A stretch of 64,000 bases of DNA from Candidatus Micrarchaeota archaeon (GCA_021850625.1 JAJZLJ010000023.1:10219-74218); one strand, 5' to 3'. Counted from the first letter of the stretch, positions 10,352 through 20,919 are shown. Made by a program: numbers and translations. Notes: generated by a model not told the origin, from the letters alone.

Positions 10352-10605
10352 AACAAACCTGGAAGTTTATGGATGTCTTTGTTGAAGGTACTTTTATCGG
10401 TGGTTTCAAGACGACCATAGTTATTACACAACTTGCATTTATATACATTATGGTGGGCTTATATTTCACCTTTGAATGTAATGGCTTTTTCGCCAACGTT
10501 GATAAATCATTTCATCAACAACTATTTCTTAAAAATCAACTTTCATAATTTTGAAAAATTAGATATATTTAAATACTTTGCCTTTCAATTAGGTTTGGTG
10601 AAAAA

Positions 10606-11229
10606 ATGATATTCGTTGACGAAACGAAAAAAGCGATAGATATAATCCTGCTTAAGGATAAAAATCCAAAAGCAATGAGTGTAGGAGAAGCGTTGGTATT
10701 TTATTATAAAGCATCACTGATACCTTTAATACTTGCTGCTATAGTTGGTACTATATTCGGCACTGTGTTAGGCGGAAAACTTGTAACGTTTGCAAGCTTA
10801 TTTTCTCATAGTGCTATCTTAAGTGGATTACTTGGATTGTTAACTACAGGATTAGCAGTACTAGTTATAATATCTGTAATAATTCTATTTTGGATAATAA
10901 TACCTATCGGATTTCTTATTGATGCCATAATATATCATATTTTTGGTAAATTATTGCGACAGTTCAAGCAAGGCTATAATGCAACCTTAAGCGCAACGGT
11001 ATATGCAAGCATGGTCTCTGTAGTGTTATTCTTCCTTTTCGGTATACCTATCTTGGGAGCTTTAATAGGAATAATAGCCAGTGTATGGGGCATGGTTAGT
11101 ACTATTGTATGGCTTGCAAGATTCCAGAAAATAAGTTGGGTAATGTCCTTAGTAGTTATACTTGTTACTTGGATAGTACTCTTCATACTAATATTCTTGA
11201 TTTTTGGAATACTTCTTGGAATAGTATAA
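10606..11229 (+). CDS. Yip1-like multi-pass membrane protein
   Basis: About 5 TM helices; IYHIFGKLL..GYNATL pattern; GGTGA SD. Confidence 0.6.
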   Translation: MIFVDETKKAIDIILLKDKNPKAMSVGEALVFYYKASLIPLILAAIVGTIFGTVLGGKLVTFASLFSHSAILSGLLGLLTTGLAVLVIISVIILFWIIIPIGFLIDAIIYHIFGKLLRQFKQGYNATLSATVYASMVSVVLFFLFGIPILGALIGIIASVWGMVSTIVWLARFQKISWVMSLVVILVTWIVLFILIFLIFGILLGIV

Positions 11230-11363
11230 TTAAATTTATTTTTTCTTTTATTTATTTTTTCTATATTTTAATATATGCTATTAGTCGATTCAAACATAAG
11301 CAATATTATTTTTTAAAGTGCTGTTGACAAAGATTTTTATACTTACACTTAATAGAGATAAAC

Positions 11364-12380
11364 ATGCAAACTATTGTAAAAGCGTTATTTATTTTGATAC
11401 TTATTATTGTGATATCTAGTATATTTCTATACTTCTACTATTTTAACACCGCTTCTCAAACAACCAGCGCCACACAAGAACAAGCAACCTCTATTATTTA
11501 CAATAGCTTACAGAATACATATCCTTCGGCACAAATAAACATAACCAACGTTACTCCATCTTATTATCAAGGAAATTGGGACATACTTGCAAAAGTTATT
11601 ATTAACTCAACCTCTCCATGTCCCTCATATTTCCTCTATTCGTTTGTTTATCCTAAAAATGGTACAACTTATACTACTGTAAATACTTATACTAACAATT
11701 GCATTATATACGGAAATACAAATAATACTACATCTATAACTTCTGCACCTGCTGCAATAACACAGTCTTATGATCTAAAAATTCCATCAATAATGACCTT
11801 CGTACAGAAATATGGTTATTCATCTGTAGCTGTACACGCTGCCTTTTATAATAAAATAAACTATCAAAATAATACGTATACTGATATTTGGTTTGTCTAT
11901 TATTTTGCTCCTGATAATTCTTCTATTAGTGTGTTGATATCCTCTCTAAATGGAACTGCATACGCTATAAACAGTGCCTCAATACTTGCAAGTGTTTCTT
12001 TAACCCCAGGAATATATAATCTAACCTTTACTCTAGATAATAATCAAACACATATTCTAAAAAGAGATAATATAACCTTTACTGGTCAACAAATAATTGG
12101 TGTTAATAGTAATAATTGTTCTATAATTACGCAGTTGTCTTCGACTAATAATACCAACGAAAGTAATGTCCTAAACAATAATACTACCTATACGATCTGT
12201 AAAATATCCTTTTCCGGATTGGCAGCGTTCACTAATTATAATCTAAGTATAAACGGCACAACACGCGCATATTGCCCTAAAACTTCAATCTGTCCAGATA
12301 TTGATATGTTAATTCATACTTACAAAGTAATAAAAACAAAAAATTATGGAACTACTTCAATAGTTCTATTTAATATATAA
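11364..12380 (+). CDS. Membrane-anchored surface protein, N-glycosylation sequon rich
   Basis: N-terminal TM; many N-x-S/T; paired cysteines. Confidence 0.7.
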   Translation: MQTIVKALFILILIIVISSIFLYFYYFNTASQTTSATQEQATSIIYNSLQNTYPSAQINITNVTPSYYQGNWDILAKVIINSTSPCPSYFLYSFVYPKNGTTYTTVNTYTNNCIIYGNTNNTTSITSAPAAITQSYDLKIPSIMTFVQKYGYSSVAVHAAFYNKINYQNNTYTDIWFVYYFAPDNSSISVLISSLNGTAYAINSASILASVSLTPGIYNLTFTLDNNQTHILKRDNITFTGQQIIGVNSNNCSIITQLSSTNNTNESNVLNNNTTYTICKISFSGLAAFTNYNLSINGTTRAYCPKTSICPDIDMLIHTYKVIKTKNYGTTSIVLFNI

Positions 12381-12397
12381 TTTAAACATGTGAACAA

Positions 12398-14794
12398 ATG
12401 TCTATTAAAAATAAATCCTCTAAAAAACTACATGCTCAAAACGCGATAGAGATGCTTACTACCTACGGCTGGGCTATAATAATAGTAGCAATAGCATTAG
12501 TTATTCTGTATGCGCTGGGGGTATTTAATCCACAAACTTCTACAGGAACTATCTGCGCAATAAATCAGGGTATTCAGTGTTCTAATGTGCTTCTTTCAAC
12601 AGATGGTTTTCTTACATTTACATTATTTCAGAATCAATACAGTTCTATAAATATATCTGCAATAGGGTGTTCTGAAAATTTCTCAAACGAACATTTACAA
12701 AATCTTCCTCCACAAAATCAGATAACTATTCCTGGTGGAAGAGGCCATATTTTTACTGTACAATGTTATAATAAATCCGGAAGTTTTTCTGGCGGTTTAG
12801 GTTCTCAATTAAATGCAACAATATATATAAAATATATAAATAATAATGGCAATTTTCCATATTCTGTTTCTGGTAAACTATTAACTAAAGTATCATACGT
12901 TATTACCTCAACAACATCCTCATCCTCTTCTTCATCATCAACCACGTTCTTATCCTCTTCAAGTTCCTCATCTTCATCCTCATCTACAACATATGTTTCA
13001 TCTTCAAGTTCATCCTCCTCTTCTTCTTCATCATCAACCACGTTCTTATCTTCTTCAAGTTCCTCATCTTCATCCTCATCTACAACATATGTTTCATCTT
13101 CAAGTTCATCCTCATCCTCTTCTTCATCATCAACCACTTTCTTATCCTCTTCAAGTTCCTCATCTTCATCCTCATCTACAACATATGTTTCATCTTCAAG
13201 TTCATCCTCATCCTCTTCTTCATCATCAACCACGTTCTTATCCTCTTCAAGTTCCTCATCTTCATCCTCATCTACAACATATGTTTCATCTTCAAGTTCA
13301 TCCTCATCCTCTTCTTCATCATCAACCACGTTCTTATCCTCCTCAAGTTCCTCATCTACAACATCCTCTTTAACAACAACTACGCCACCACAATCATCTG
13401 CGTTTTCTTCGTATTACAGTTATTCAGATGTACTTCTAGTATGCAATCCTGCAAGCACCGAAAGCATGCAGGTATGTAATTATTTTACAACCGCTAGAGA
13501 AGCACAAGGCTTTAATCCATCATATGTTGTAGATTTAAGCGGCATACCTACCTCGGAAACAGTAAATGACATAGTTACAAACGAAATATTATCACAGGTC
13601 AAAGCAAAGATAACCTCTATAGGACTCGGAAAAATAGATTATATTGTAACTACATACGGCGTTCCATTAATAGATTATCCAGAACCGTCCTGTTCTGGAG
13701 AAGGCGGCGTATCTATAGATGCGTTGTTAGCAAATAATCTTACAGATTTTAATATTTGCAGTGTAATTCCTGGTTATAGTGTATATGCAACCTCTCCTTA
13801 TGGCTTGCCTAGTAATCCATATGCTGGAGCCATCTCTAGTTATACTACACAAAGTGCTCTACAAAATTCTGAATTTTCATATAATAAATATCATATATAC
13901 GAAGTCACAAGGCTTGACGGTCCTACATTAAATAGCATTTATAATCTAATCAAAAATGCTGGCAAAGCAGGAAGCGCCTCAGGATATATTTTGTTTAATC
14001 CCTATACAACCGCTAGCAATATTCAGAACGTTCTGCCTTTTTTTGAAATATCCTATGCAGAACAGTATCTAGAATCGATAAATGTAAAGTATCAAGAAGT
14101 AGATACTAGTTTTGTAACTGGTGTAGGTGGCCTTAGTGGCTATCTTTCTACAGGCTCTAATTGTGGATGTACGGCAGGGCAGAACTCCAGTACATGGAAC
14201 CTCGGTTTTGTACCGGGCGCAGTTGGCGAAACACTTGTTTCTACAAGTGCTAGAACACTTATCCAATATCCATGGACTGGAGGCCAATCACTTATTTCAG
14301 ACCTCGTCATGGACAACATAACTGGGGTTATAGGTGCGGTGAGCGAGCCTTGGTCTAGCGCATTTGATCCTGCTACCTCTTTATTTGATAGCTACTTTAG
14401 CGGTTTTAATCTGGCAGACAGTTTTTATGATGGACAAAGTAACCTCGCGTGGAAAATTACTATAATAGGAGATCCTAAAGCCCATATAACTTCATTAACC
14501 TCTGTTGAATTTACAACCTCCATCTCTCCAACCTCTGTGGTTTTAAATCCTGGACAATCTACAACGTTTACCTCAACAGTTTCGGATATACGTTTTAGCG
14601 AATATGGGTATACTTATCAATGGTATTCGGGGAACTCACCAACCTGTGCCGATGATACTGCAATATCTGGAGCAACATCCTCTACCTATACATATACTGC
14701 TATTTCTCCATATAAAAAATACATCTGTTTAGGCGTTACTGACGGATCTCTTCAAGTAACATTCTCTCCTACAACAAGCATAACTGTTCAGTAA
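12398..14794 (+). CDS. Pilin-leader surface protein with Ser-rich tandem repeat, TIGR03790-like domain and C-terminal Ig-like domain
   Basis: KKLHAQ-NAIEMLTTYGW class III-like leader; motifs YIVTTYGVP, VTRLDGP, LVSTSART, GAVSEP, GFNLADSF, IIGDP. Confidence 0.7.
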   Translation: MSIKNKSSKKLHAQNAIEMLTTYGWAIIIVAIALVILYALGVFNPQTSTGTICAINQGIQCSNVLLSTDGFLTFTLFQNQYSSINISAIGCSENFSNEHLQNLPPQNQITIPGGRGHIFTVQCYNKSGSFSGGLGSQLNATIYIKYINNNGNFPYSVSGKLLTKVSYVITSTTSSSSSSSSTTFLSSSSSSSSSSSTTYVSSSSSSSSSSSSSTTFLSSSSSSSSSSSTTYVSSSSSSSSSSSSSTTFLSSSSSSSSSSSTTYVSSSSSSSSSSSSSTTFLSSSSSSSSSSSTTYVSSSSSSSSSSSSSTTFLSSSSSSSTTSSLTTTTPPQSSAFSSYYSYSDVLLVCNPASTESMQVCNYFTTAREAQGFNPSYVVDLSGIPTSETVNDIVTNEILSQVKAKITSIGLGKIDYIVTTYGVPLIDYPEPSCSGEGGVSIDALLANNLTDFNICSVIPGYSVYATSPYGLPSNPYAGAISSYTTQSALQNSEFSYNKYHIYEVTRLDGPTLNSIYNLIKNAGKAGSASGYILFNPYTTASNIQNVLPFFEISYAEQYLESINVKYQEVDTSFVTGVGGLSGYLSTGSNCGCTAGQNSSTWNLGFVPGAVGETLVSTSARTLIQYPWTGGQSLISDLVMDNITGVIGAVSEPWSSAFDPATSLFDSYFSGFNLADSFYDGQSNLAWKITIIGDPKAHITSLTSVEFTTSISPTSVVLNPGQSTTFTSTVSDIRFSEYGYTYQWYSGNSPTCADDTAISGATSSTYTYTAISPYKKYICLGVTDGSLQVTFSPTTSITVQ
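12916..13365 (+). repeat. 96-bp coding tandem repeat, about 4.7 copies (TTFL-polySer-TTYV-polySer)
   Basis: ACCAC(G/T)TTC recurs at 12941, 13037, 13133, 13229 and 13325. Confidence 0.95.
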
Positions 14795-14909
14795 GTTTTA
14801 CTATGACTCATTATGTTAATTTTCTTACTGCCAAATACCAACATTAATATATCTTAATATTCAATACATAAGCAGTACAACAAGAACTAATTCTTGTTTA
14901 GGTGTTAAT

Positions 14910-16283
14910 TTGTCAGGATTTGAGGAACTATCCTTAAATGCTGCTTTTGTTGAGATTTTAAAGAGAAATGGTATAATCTCTCCAACAGAGGTTCAGCAGA
15001 AAGCAATACCTCTTTTGCTTTCAGGTAAGGATGTAATTGTAAGGTCGAAAACAGGTAGTGGTAAGACATTAGCTTTTCTAATGCCTACATTAAGCAGAGC
15101 ATACTCTGGTCAAAAAGGAACTACTTTAGTTCTTGCTCCAACAAGGGAGCTAGCGCTTCAGATATCCACAGTGGCAGAAAAACTGAAACCTAAGGGTTTT
15201 GGGATAGCCACTGTATATGGCGGTGCATCAATGAACGTACAGATGGATGCACTTTCAAGAAATCCACGTCTTATAATAGGCACTCCTGGAAGAATAATAG
15301 ATCTTATGAAAAGAAATGCCCTTTATTTATATGAAATAAGTACTGTAGTAATAGACGAAGCAGATACAATGTTAGATATGGGATTCATAGATGATGTTGA
15401 ATACATATTGTCTGAGACTCCAAAGAACAGACAGGCGCTTCTTTTTTCAGCAACAATGCCTGATAAAATAATAAAGATCTCACATAATTATATGCATGAA
15501 CCTATGTTACTTAAGATAGGCGAAGAAGAAGGTTTAACTGTTAAGAAGATTAAACATTTATATTTCATAGCAGATGGCTCAAGGAAGCTTGAGGCTCTTT
15601 TAGCGTATATAAATGAACACAATCCAAAGAAGGCCGTGGTTTTTCTAAAAACAAAACGAGAAGCAAATCTAATATATAGTTTTTTGAGAAAAAATAATTT
15701 AGATGCGATGCTTCTTCACGGCGGTCTTACGCAATCAAAACGAGAACATTCTCTTAATAATTTCAGAAAAGGTGTCCGTTTTCTAATAGCAACCAATGTT
15801 GCTGCACGAGGCATAGATGTAAACGATATAACTGATATCATAAACTTTGATGTGCCTGATGATCCTTTTGTGTATGTACACAGGGTCGGAAGATCAGCAA
15901 GAATGGGAAAGGAAGGAAAGGCGTTTACTATAGTAAATAGGCAGGAAAAGAATATAATTGAGGATATAAAATATGTTGCAAAGATAAATATAGATCTTAT
16001 TAATCTAGATACTTATGCCTATAAGGACATAGTTATGAATTTCTTAAAAGATGAACGCCTAAATCGAGGCCATTTCGACGAGGAAGGTAATGGGCATAGA
16101 CGTTTTGGAGGCGGAAATTATAGAAATAACAGAGGAGGCTTTAGGCACAATGATCGATCTTCAGGAAGCGAAAATACTCGTGGAGACCAAAGACATTACT
16201 CACGTGGAAACAACTTTAGAAGAAAGAGAAACAACGACGATAGAGACAATAACGGCGGAAGAAGATTCAGGCCTTTTAATTAA
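14910..16283 (+). CDS. DEAD-box RNA helicase with Arg/Gly/Asn-rich tail
   Basis: Q motif, KTGSGKT, PTRELA, DEAD, SAT, HRVGRSAR. Confidence 0.95.
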   Translation: MSGFEELSLNAAFVEILKRNGIISPTEVQQKAIPLLLSGKDVIVRSKTGSGKTLAFLMPTLSRAYSGQKGTTLVLAPTRELALQISTVAEKLKPKGFGIATVYGGASMNVQMDALSRNPRLIIGTPGRIIDLMKRNALYLYEISTVVIDEADTMLDMGFIDDVEYILSETPKNRQALLFSATMPDKIIKISHNYMHEPMLLKIGEEEGLTVKKIKHLYFIADGSRKLEALLAYINEHNPKKAVVFLKTKREANLIYSFLRKNNLDAMLLHGGLTQSKREHSLNNFRKGVRFLIATNVAARGIDVNDITDIINFDVPDDPFVYVHRVGRSARMGKEGKAFTIVNRQEKNIIEDIKYVAKINIDLINLDTYAYKDIVMNFLKDERLNRGHFDEEGNGHRRFGGGNYRNNRGGFRHNDRSSGSENTRGDQRHYSRGNNFRRKRNNDDRDNNGGRRFRPFN

Positions 16284-16384
16284 TTGTAATCTTGGTTAAT
16301 TAAGTGAAAATACGCCCAGTAATGTTAGTTCTATTTATCTAGCGTTATTTCTTAATAACCTTTTTTAATATTTATGATATACTA

Positions 16385-17581
16385 CTAATTTTCTTTAAAA
16401 AGATTCTTTTCTATCATTTCCTTTATTTTTTCAGGCTGATACGATAACTTTATAAGTTTAGTATGTCCTCTAATTCCTTTGCCTGATTCATGACTTATTA
16501 TTATTCCCTGCATCTCTAAATCTGCAATATATCTTCTGTATAATCTTGTTGTTTTTACATCTTTATGTAATGATTCAACAATCGAGTTATATCTGCTATA
16601 AATCTCTCCACTTAAAAGAAAAGAGTCATTATTTTCATCCAGTTTTTTGTATCTGCCTCCGGTTATAGACATTAACGCTATGGCATAAACTATAAGTTTT
16701 TGATGCTCAGGGAGCATTCCTATAACTTCATACGCTATCTCCTCTTCGGCAAACTTTGCAGCTTCAGTAATCTCATTAACTCCTACAGAGCTCTGATTTT
16801 TATTATCTGCTATCTCCCCTGCCTTTGTAATTATTTTTAGGGCAAGTCGTGCATCACCGCTATCCTTCGCAGCTATAGCAGCGGCAAGATTTACACACGC
16901 CGGATCCACCACGTTAGGCTTAAAGCCGCTCGCAACCCTATCCTTAATTATGGCCGCAAGCTCTTCAGAGTTATATGGCGGGAAGACAAACTCGTTTTCA
17001 TAAAGTGTAGAAAGGCTTCTAGGATCTAGAACCTCCTTAAATGAGATTTTATTAGAGACGCCTATTATTGTAACTCCACCTGATTTAATATCGCTATTAG
17101 ATCTTGTAAGCGTATATATAAGATCATCCAAATCCCTTACTATATCTAGTTCATCAAGCACAACAACAAGTATCTTTCCGTCTTCTTCTATCCAGTTTAT
17201 TATCTTTTCATAAATATCTGTTATTCCATAGCCACGTTTTGCATACTGCGGTATATGATCGCTTGCTATTTTACTAAGAACTCTATACCTTGAGTTATAA
17301 ATCCTACAATTTACGTATGTAATCTTTGCCTTAATTATTGGAAGTTCTCTTACCTTATCTACCACGTGCTTTATACAAGAAGTCTTTCCGGTGCCTGTTT
17401 TTCCATAGATAAAAACATTTCTGCCTCTTTCTCCTCTAAGCGAAGGAGTAAGAGACTTTTCTATTTCATTTATCTGTCTTTCCCTAAAGAGCAGATGTTT
17501 AGGAACATAATGTGGAGATAGAACCTCACGGTTTGCAAAAACGGCCGATTCTTTAAAAAGATCTGCAAAGGGCTCCACCAT
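16385..17581 (-). CDS. cdc6: Orc1/Cdc6 replication initiator
   Basis: LSPHYVP, GKTGTGKT, VLDELD, GDARLAL; C-terminal winged helix. Confidence 0.95.
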   Translation of the reverse strand: MVEPFADLFKESAVFANREVLSPHYVPKHLLFRERQINEIEKSLTPSLRGERGRNVFIYGKTGTGKTSCIKHVVDKVRELPIIKAKITYVNCRIYNSRYRVLSKIASDHIPQYAKRGYGITDIYEKIINWIEEDGKILVVVLDELDIVRDLDDLIYTLTRSNSDIKSGGVTIIGVSNKISFKEVLDPRSLSTLYENEFVFPPYNSEELAAIIKDRVASGFKPNVVDPACVNLAAAIAAKDSGDARLALKIITKAGEIADNKNQSSVGVNEITEAAKFAEEEIAYEVIGMLPEHQKLIVYAIALMSITGGRYKKLDENNDSFLLSGEIYSRYNSIVESLHKDVKTTRLYRRYIADLEMQGIIISHESGKGIRGHTKLIKLSYQPEKIKEMIEKNLFKEN

Positions 17582-17585
17582 AAAC

Positions 17586-18383
17586 TCAACCTATTATCTG
17601 CTTAACTATCTTAATATACTCCTCTTTTATCTCTTCGTTTTTCATCACAGGCACTATTCCTCTATCACTCATCTCTCCAAAATCAGAATTATTTTTTATA
17701 CTTCCAAGAAAAGGAGCTTCTAGAGCATCGGATACCTCGATTCCTCCTCGCGGATCATTATTAGACATATTTTCTATAACTCCTAATATCGATACGCCAA
17801 GTCTTTTTGCCATCATTCCAGAACGTATTGCATTTATTGCAGGTATGTGCTGAGGCGTTGTTACTATTATAAAGCCTTTCAAATCCAAAAGTTGTATTAT
17901 AGATAATGGTGCATCAGAGGTTCCTGGTGGAAGGTCTATTATTAAATAATCAAGCTCTCCCCACTCTGTATTTTCTAAGAACTCACTTACCATCTTGCCT
18001 ATCATGGGTCCTCTCCAAATTATAGGTTTTTTATTATCATCTACAAACATAGCAGTAGAAAGAATCTTTATACCATCCATATCGAATGGTTTAATTGGAT
18101 ATTCTCCTGAAGCTTCGTATTTTATTCCCAAGAACATGCATACATTTGGGCAATCTATATCTGCATCAAGAAGACCTACTTTATATCCCTTATTTTTAAG
18201 TGTAAATGCTATATTCACCGCGGTTGTTGTTTTTCCAACACCTCCCTTTGCGCTGTATATTCCTATTTTATTTTTTATACCTGCTAATCTTTCCTTTAAT
18301 CTTTTTCTCTGTTCTATTACTTTTAATATTGAAGGATGAGCAACAGTAACCTTAGCGTCGCCTATCTGGGCTTCCTGTGTTAT
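17586..18383 (-). CDS. mrp: Mrp/NBP35 Fe-S cluster carrier ATPase (extended to ATA start)
   Basis: In-frame upstream sequence encodes SAKGGVGKTT P-loop; DADIDCP, IIWRGPM, DLPPGTSD. Confidence 0.9.
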   Translation of the reverse strand: MTQEAQIGDAKVTVAHPSILKVIEQRKRLKERLAGIKNKIGIYSAKGGVGKTTTAVNIAFTLKNKGYKVGLLDADIDCPNVCMFLGIKYEASGEYPIKPFDMDGIKILSTAMFVDDNKKPIIWRGPMIGKMVSEFLENTEWGELDYLIIDLPPGTSDAPLSIIQLLDLKGFIIVTTPQHIPAINAIRSGMMAKRLGVSILGVIENMSNNDPRGGIEVSDALEAPFLGSIKNNSDFGEMSDRGIVPVMKNEEIKEEYIKIVKQIIG

Positions 18384-18497
18384 TATATCACCAGATATAA
18401 TGTCTCCTTTACTAATATATTGTTTTTGTAATGAAAATTAGAATATGCTATAACATGTATCAACACAACAGGCTGAAAATAAATGCTTAATTGTATT

Positions 18498-18977
18498 TTA
18501 TTCCTTTCTAAACAACTCTGCAAGATGGCTAAAAAAAGAGACACCCATAATACTTATTCCTGATAATATTAACATATCACTCGCTATCTTCACAGTATCA
18601 ATAAAAGTGCCATTTTTAACAGTTTCAGTAAAGGTGTTTACCACTGGGAGCGCGTTTGGACTTGTTCTACTTACAAATGCAGAAGCAATTCCTATTCCTG
18701 CTGGAATTGCTACTCCCCAAAAAAGAGAGCCTATACCCTCTCCAATTGTAATTCCGGTATCTTTACTCTTATAACTATTTTTATTAATATTTACTAATGC
18801 GTTATGAATTATGTTGCTTGCCGTTCCTACTGTAGCAACGCTCAAGCCAGCACACGGTATAATTAACTCTGCGTCAAAGCCTAAATATCTCTTGCTTGCT
18901 ACCGCAACACCTGTCAAAGCAACAGTTCCAATTGCAACTCTTCTATAATTTTTTATAGAAATTGTCATATATTTCAC
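18498..18977 (-). CDS. Hypothetical membrane protein
   Basis: ORF with about 4 hydrophobic segments. Confidence 0.6.
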   Translation of the reverse strand: MKYMTISIKNYRRVAIGTVALTGVAVASKRYLGFDAELIIPCAGLSVATVGTASNIIHNALVNINKNSYKSKDTGITIGEGIGSLFWGVAIPAGIGIASAFVSRTSPNALPVVNTFTETVKNGTFIDTVKIASDMLILSGISIMGVSFFSHLAELFRKE

Positions 18978-18979
18978 AT

Positions 18980-19357
18980 TTAAACTATATTTTCTAATGC
19001 TTCTTTCACATCCTGTTCATTCAACGATGTTACTCCTACTTGCAAAAGCACCTTTCCTCCTATCATTATTGGTTTTTCATCTTGAACTAAGGTTATATTC
19101 CTCTGGCCGTTTTTCAGATTTTCAGTTAATGGCACTGTCTTATTTGGTGCTATGCTTAATCTAAGCACATCACCTTCAACCTTTGGTTGTGCTATACCTC
19201 TTAATGTTCTTTTTAAGGAATCCTGCACGGCATGCTCTTCTTGCTCATTTCTGAAAACAGAAATTAAAGCCGATTCGGAAAGTGATACGTTTTCCACCCT
19301 TTTAGTAGTTTTATTTGTCAACATTTCCTTACCATATATATTTGTGATTTTTTTCAT
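18980..19357 (-). CDS. Hypothetical protein
   Basis: ORF ending 2 nt before the start of the next minus-strand gene. Confidence 0.55.
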   Translation of the reverse strand: MKKITNIYGKEMLTNKTTKRVENVSLSESALISVFRNEQEEHAVQDSLKRTLRGIAQPKVEGDVLRLSIAPNKTVPLTENLKNGQRNITLVQDEKPIMIGGKVLLQVGVTSLNEQDVKEALENIV

Positions 19358-19521
19358 ATATATGTCTTACTTTAGCCTCATTTTACAATTTACATTAAAA
19401 ATAATTAAAAAATGCTAAAAAATAGCCAATTCAATATACACGCATTTAAAAGGAAACTATATAAACTTTAATTTTTAATATATAGTGGACTATTTATTTT
19501 TAAATAAAACTAGGTATCTAT

Positions 19522-20217
19522 ATGTATCCAAACGTGCAAGCTTATGACAGAGGTGTGATGTTCAATCCAGACGGCAGATTGTTTCAGGTAGAGTACGCAA
19601 AAGAAGCGGTAAGAAAAGGCGCTACCTCTATAGGTCTCATAGCAAGAGACAGCGTAATTTTCGTTGCGCATAAAAACATAACAGAACCATTAGCAATACC
19701 TTCTACAATTCAAAAGGTATTCAGAATAGATTCACACATAGGAGCAACATACAGTGGAATGGTTGCCGACGGTCTTCATCTAATAGATTTTGCAAGAGGC
19801 CGCGCACAGAACCACAGACTTATTTACGACGATGTCAAGTCTATAGAGGCACTTTCAAGAGAAGCCTCTGCGTACATGATGCAGGCAACACAATACGGCG
19901 GTTTGAGACCATACGCTGTGTCTTTATTGGTGGGAGGGATGGACAACGGTCCAAAACTATTCGAAATAGAGCCAGGCGCATCATTTTTAGGTTATAAAGC
20001 AGACGCAATCGGTTCAGGCAAAAAAATAGCCACAGAGATGTTAATGAAGGAGTATAAAGAAAACATGGCCTTTGATGATGCGGTATCTCTGGGAGTTAAA
20101 ATACTTAAAAAGATAAGCGAAGACAAATTAACAACAGAGAGTATAGATATAGGCAGCATAAGAGAGGAAGATGAATATCAGCTTATGACTGCAGACGAGC
20201 TCAAAAACTACATTTAA
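19522..20217 (+). CDS. psmA: Proteasome alpha subunit
   Basis: YDRGVMFNPDGRLFQVEYA. Confidence 0.97.
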   Translation: MYPNVQAYDRGVMFNPDGRLFQVEYAKEAVRKGATSIGLIARDSVIFVAHKNITEPLAIPSTIQKVFRIDSHIGATYSGMVADGLHLIDFARGRAQNHRLIYDDVKSIEALSREASAYMMQATQYGGLRPYAVSLLVGGMDNGPKLFEIEPGASFLGYKADAIGSGKKIATEMLMKEYKENMAFDDAVSLGVKILKKISEDKLTTESIDIGSIREEDEYQLMTADELKNYI

Positions 20218-20232
20218 TCTTAATTGATTTTT

Positions 20233-20919
20233 ATGTCTAAGACAGTAGTAGCCAAGTATTCGCATATGGGCGAGGAATTTGAGATTTTTGTAGATTCTGA
20301 TTTGGCTTACGACTACATTACTGGAAAAATAAAGGATCCGATGAAGGTTCTTCAAGCAGAGGAGGTATTCAAAGACGCAAACAAAGGAGAACGACAATCA
20401 CAAGATAAGGTTAAAAAAATATTCAATACTATCGACATATCTCAAATTGCAGATATAATATTAAAAAAAGGACAGGTTCCTATAACAACAGAACAAAGGA
20501 ATAAGCTTATAGAGGAGAAAAGAAAACAGATAATAAATATAATTGCAACTAACTCAATAGATCCAAGAACAAAGGCACCCCACACACCACAAAGAATAGA
20601 AAACGCAATGACAGAAGCAAAAATAAACGTGGATCCATTTAAGGGTGCTAATGAACAGGTCGAAGGGGTTCTTGACAAGATTAATACTAAATTACCTATA
20701 AAATTTGCAACGGTAAAGCTGGAGATCCAAATTCCGGCTGCTTATGCAAATAGATGCTTTGGAACATTGAAGCATTATGGCATGAAGTCAGAAGAGTGGC
20801 TTTCAAATGGCTCTTTAAAAGCAAAGTTGGAGTTTCCGGCTGGGCTAAGAGACGAGGCTTTCGATAAGCTTAACTCATTGACAAAAGGCGAGGTAGAAAT
20901 TAAAATAGAAGAGGCGTAA
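20233..20919 (+). CDS. Ribosome assembly factor SBDS/Sdo1
   Basis: FEIFVD, EVFKDANKG, IDPRTKAPHTPQRIE; conserved position after psmA. Confidence 0.95.
   Translation: MSKTVVAKYSHMGEEFEIFVDSDLAYDYITGKIKDPMKVLQAEEVFKDANKGERQSQDKVKKIFNTIDISQIADIILKKGQVPITTEQRNKLIEEKRKQIINIIATNSIDPRTKAPHTPQRIENAMTEAKINVDPFKGANEQVEGVLDKINTKLPIKFATVKLEIQIPAAYANRCFGTLKHYGMKSEEWLSNGSLKAKLEFPAGLRDEAFDKLNSLTKGEVEIKIEEA

Noticed and set aside
10288..10548. 86-aa + strand ORF
   Set aside because: No recognisable motif; overlaps the GH start and a probable IS relic
12805..13373. Poly-Asp/Glu antisense ORF and His/Pro-rich alternate-frame ORF
   Set aside because: Shadows of the Ser-repeat region of the 12398 gene
16284..16384. 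Replication origin next to cdc6
   Set aside because: No recognisable repeated ORB boxes; cdc6 is directly downstream of mrp
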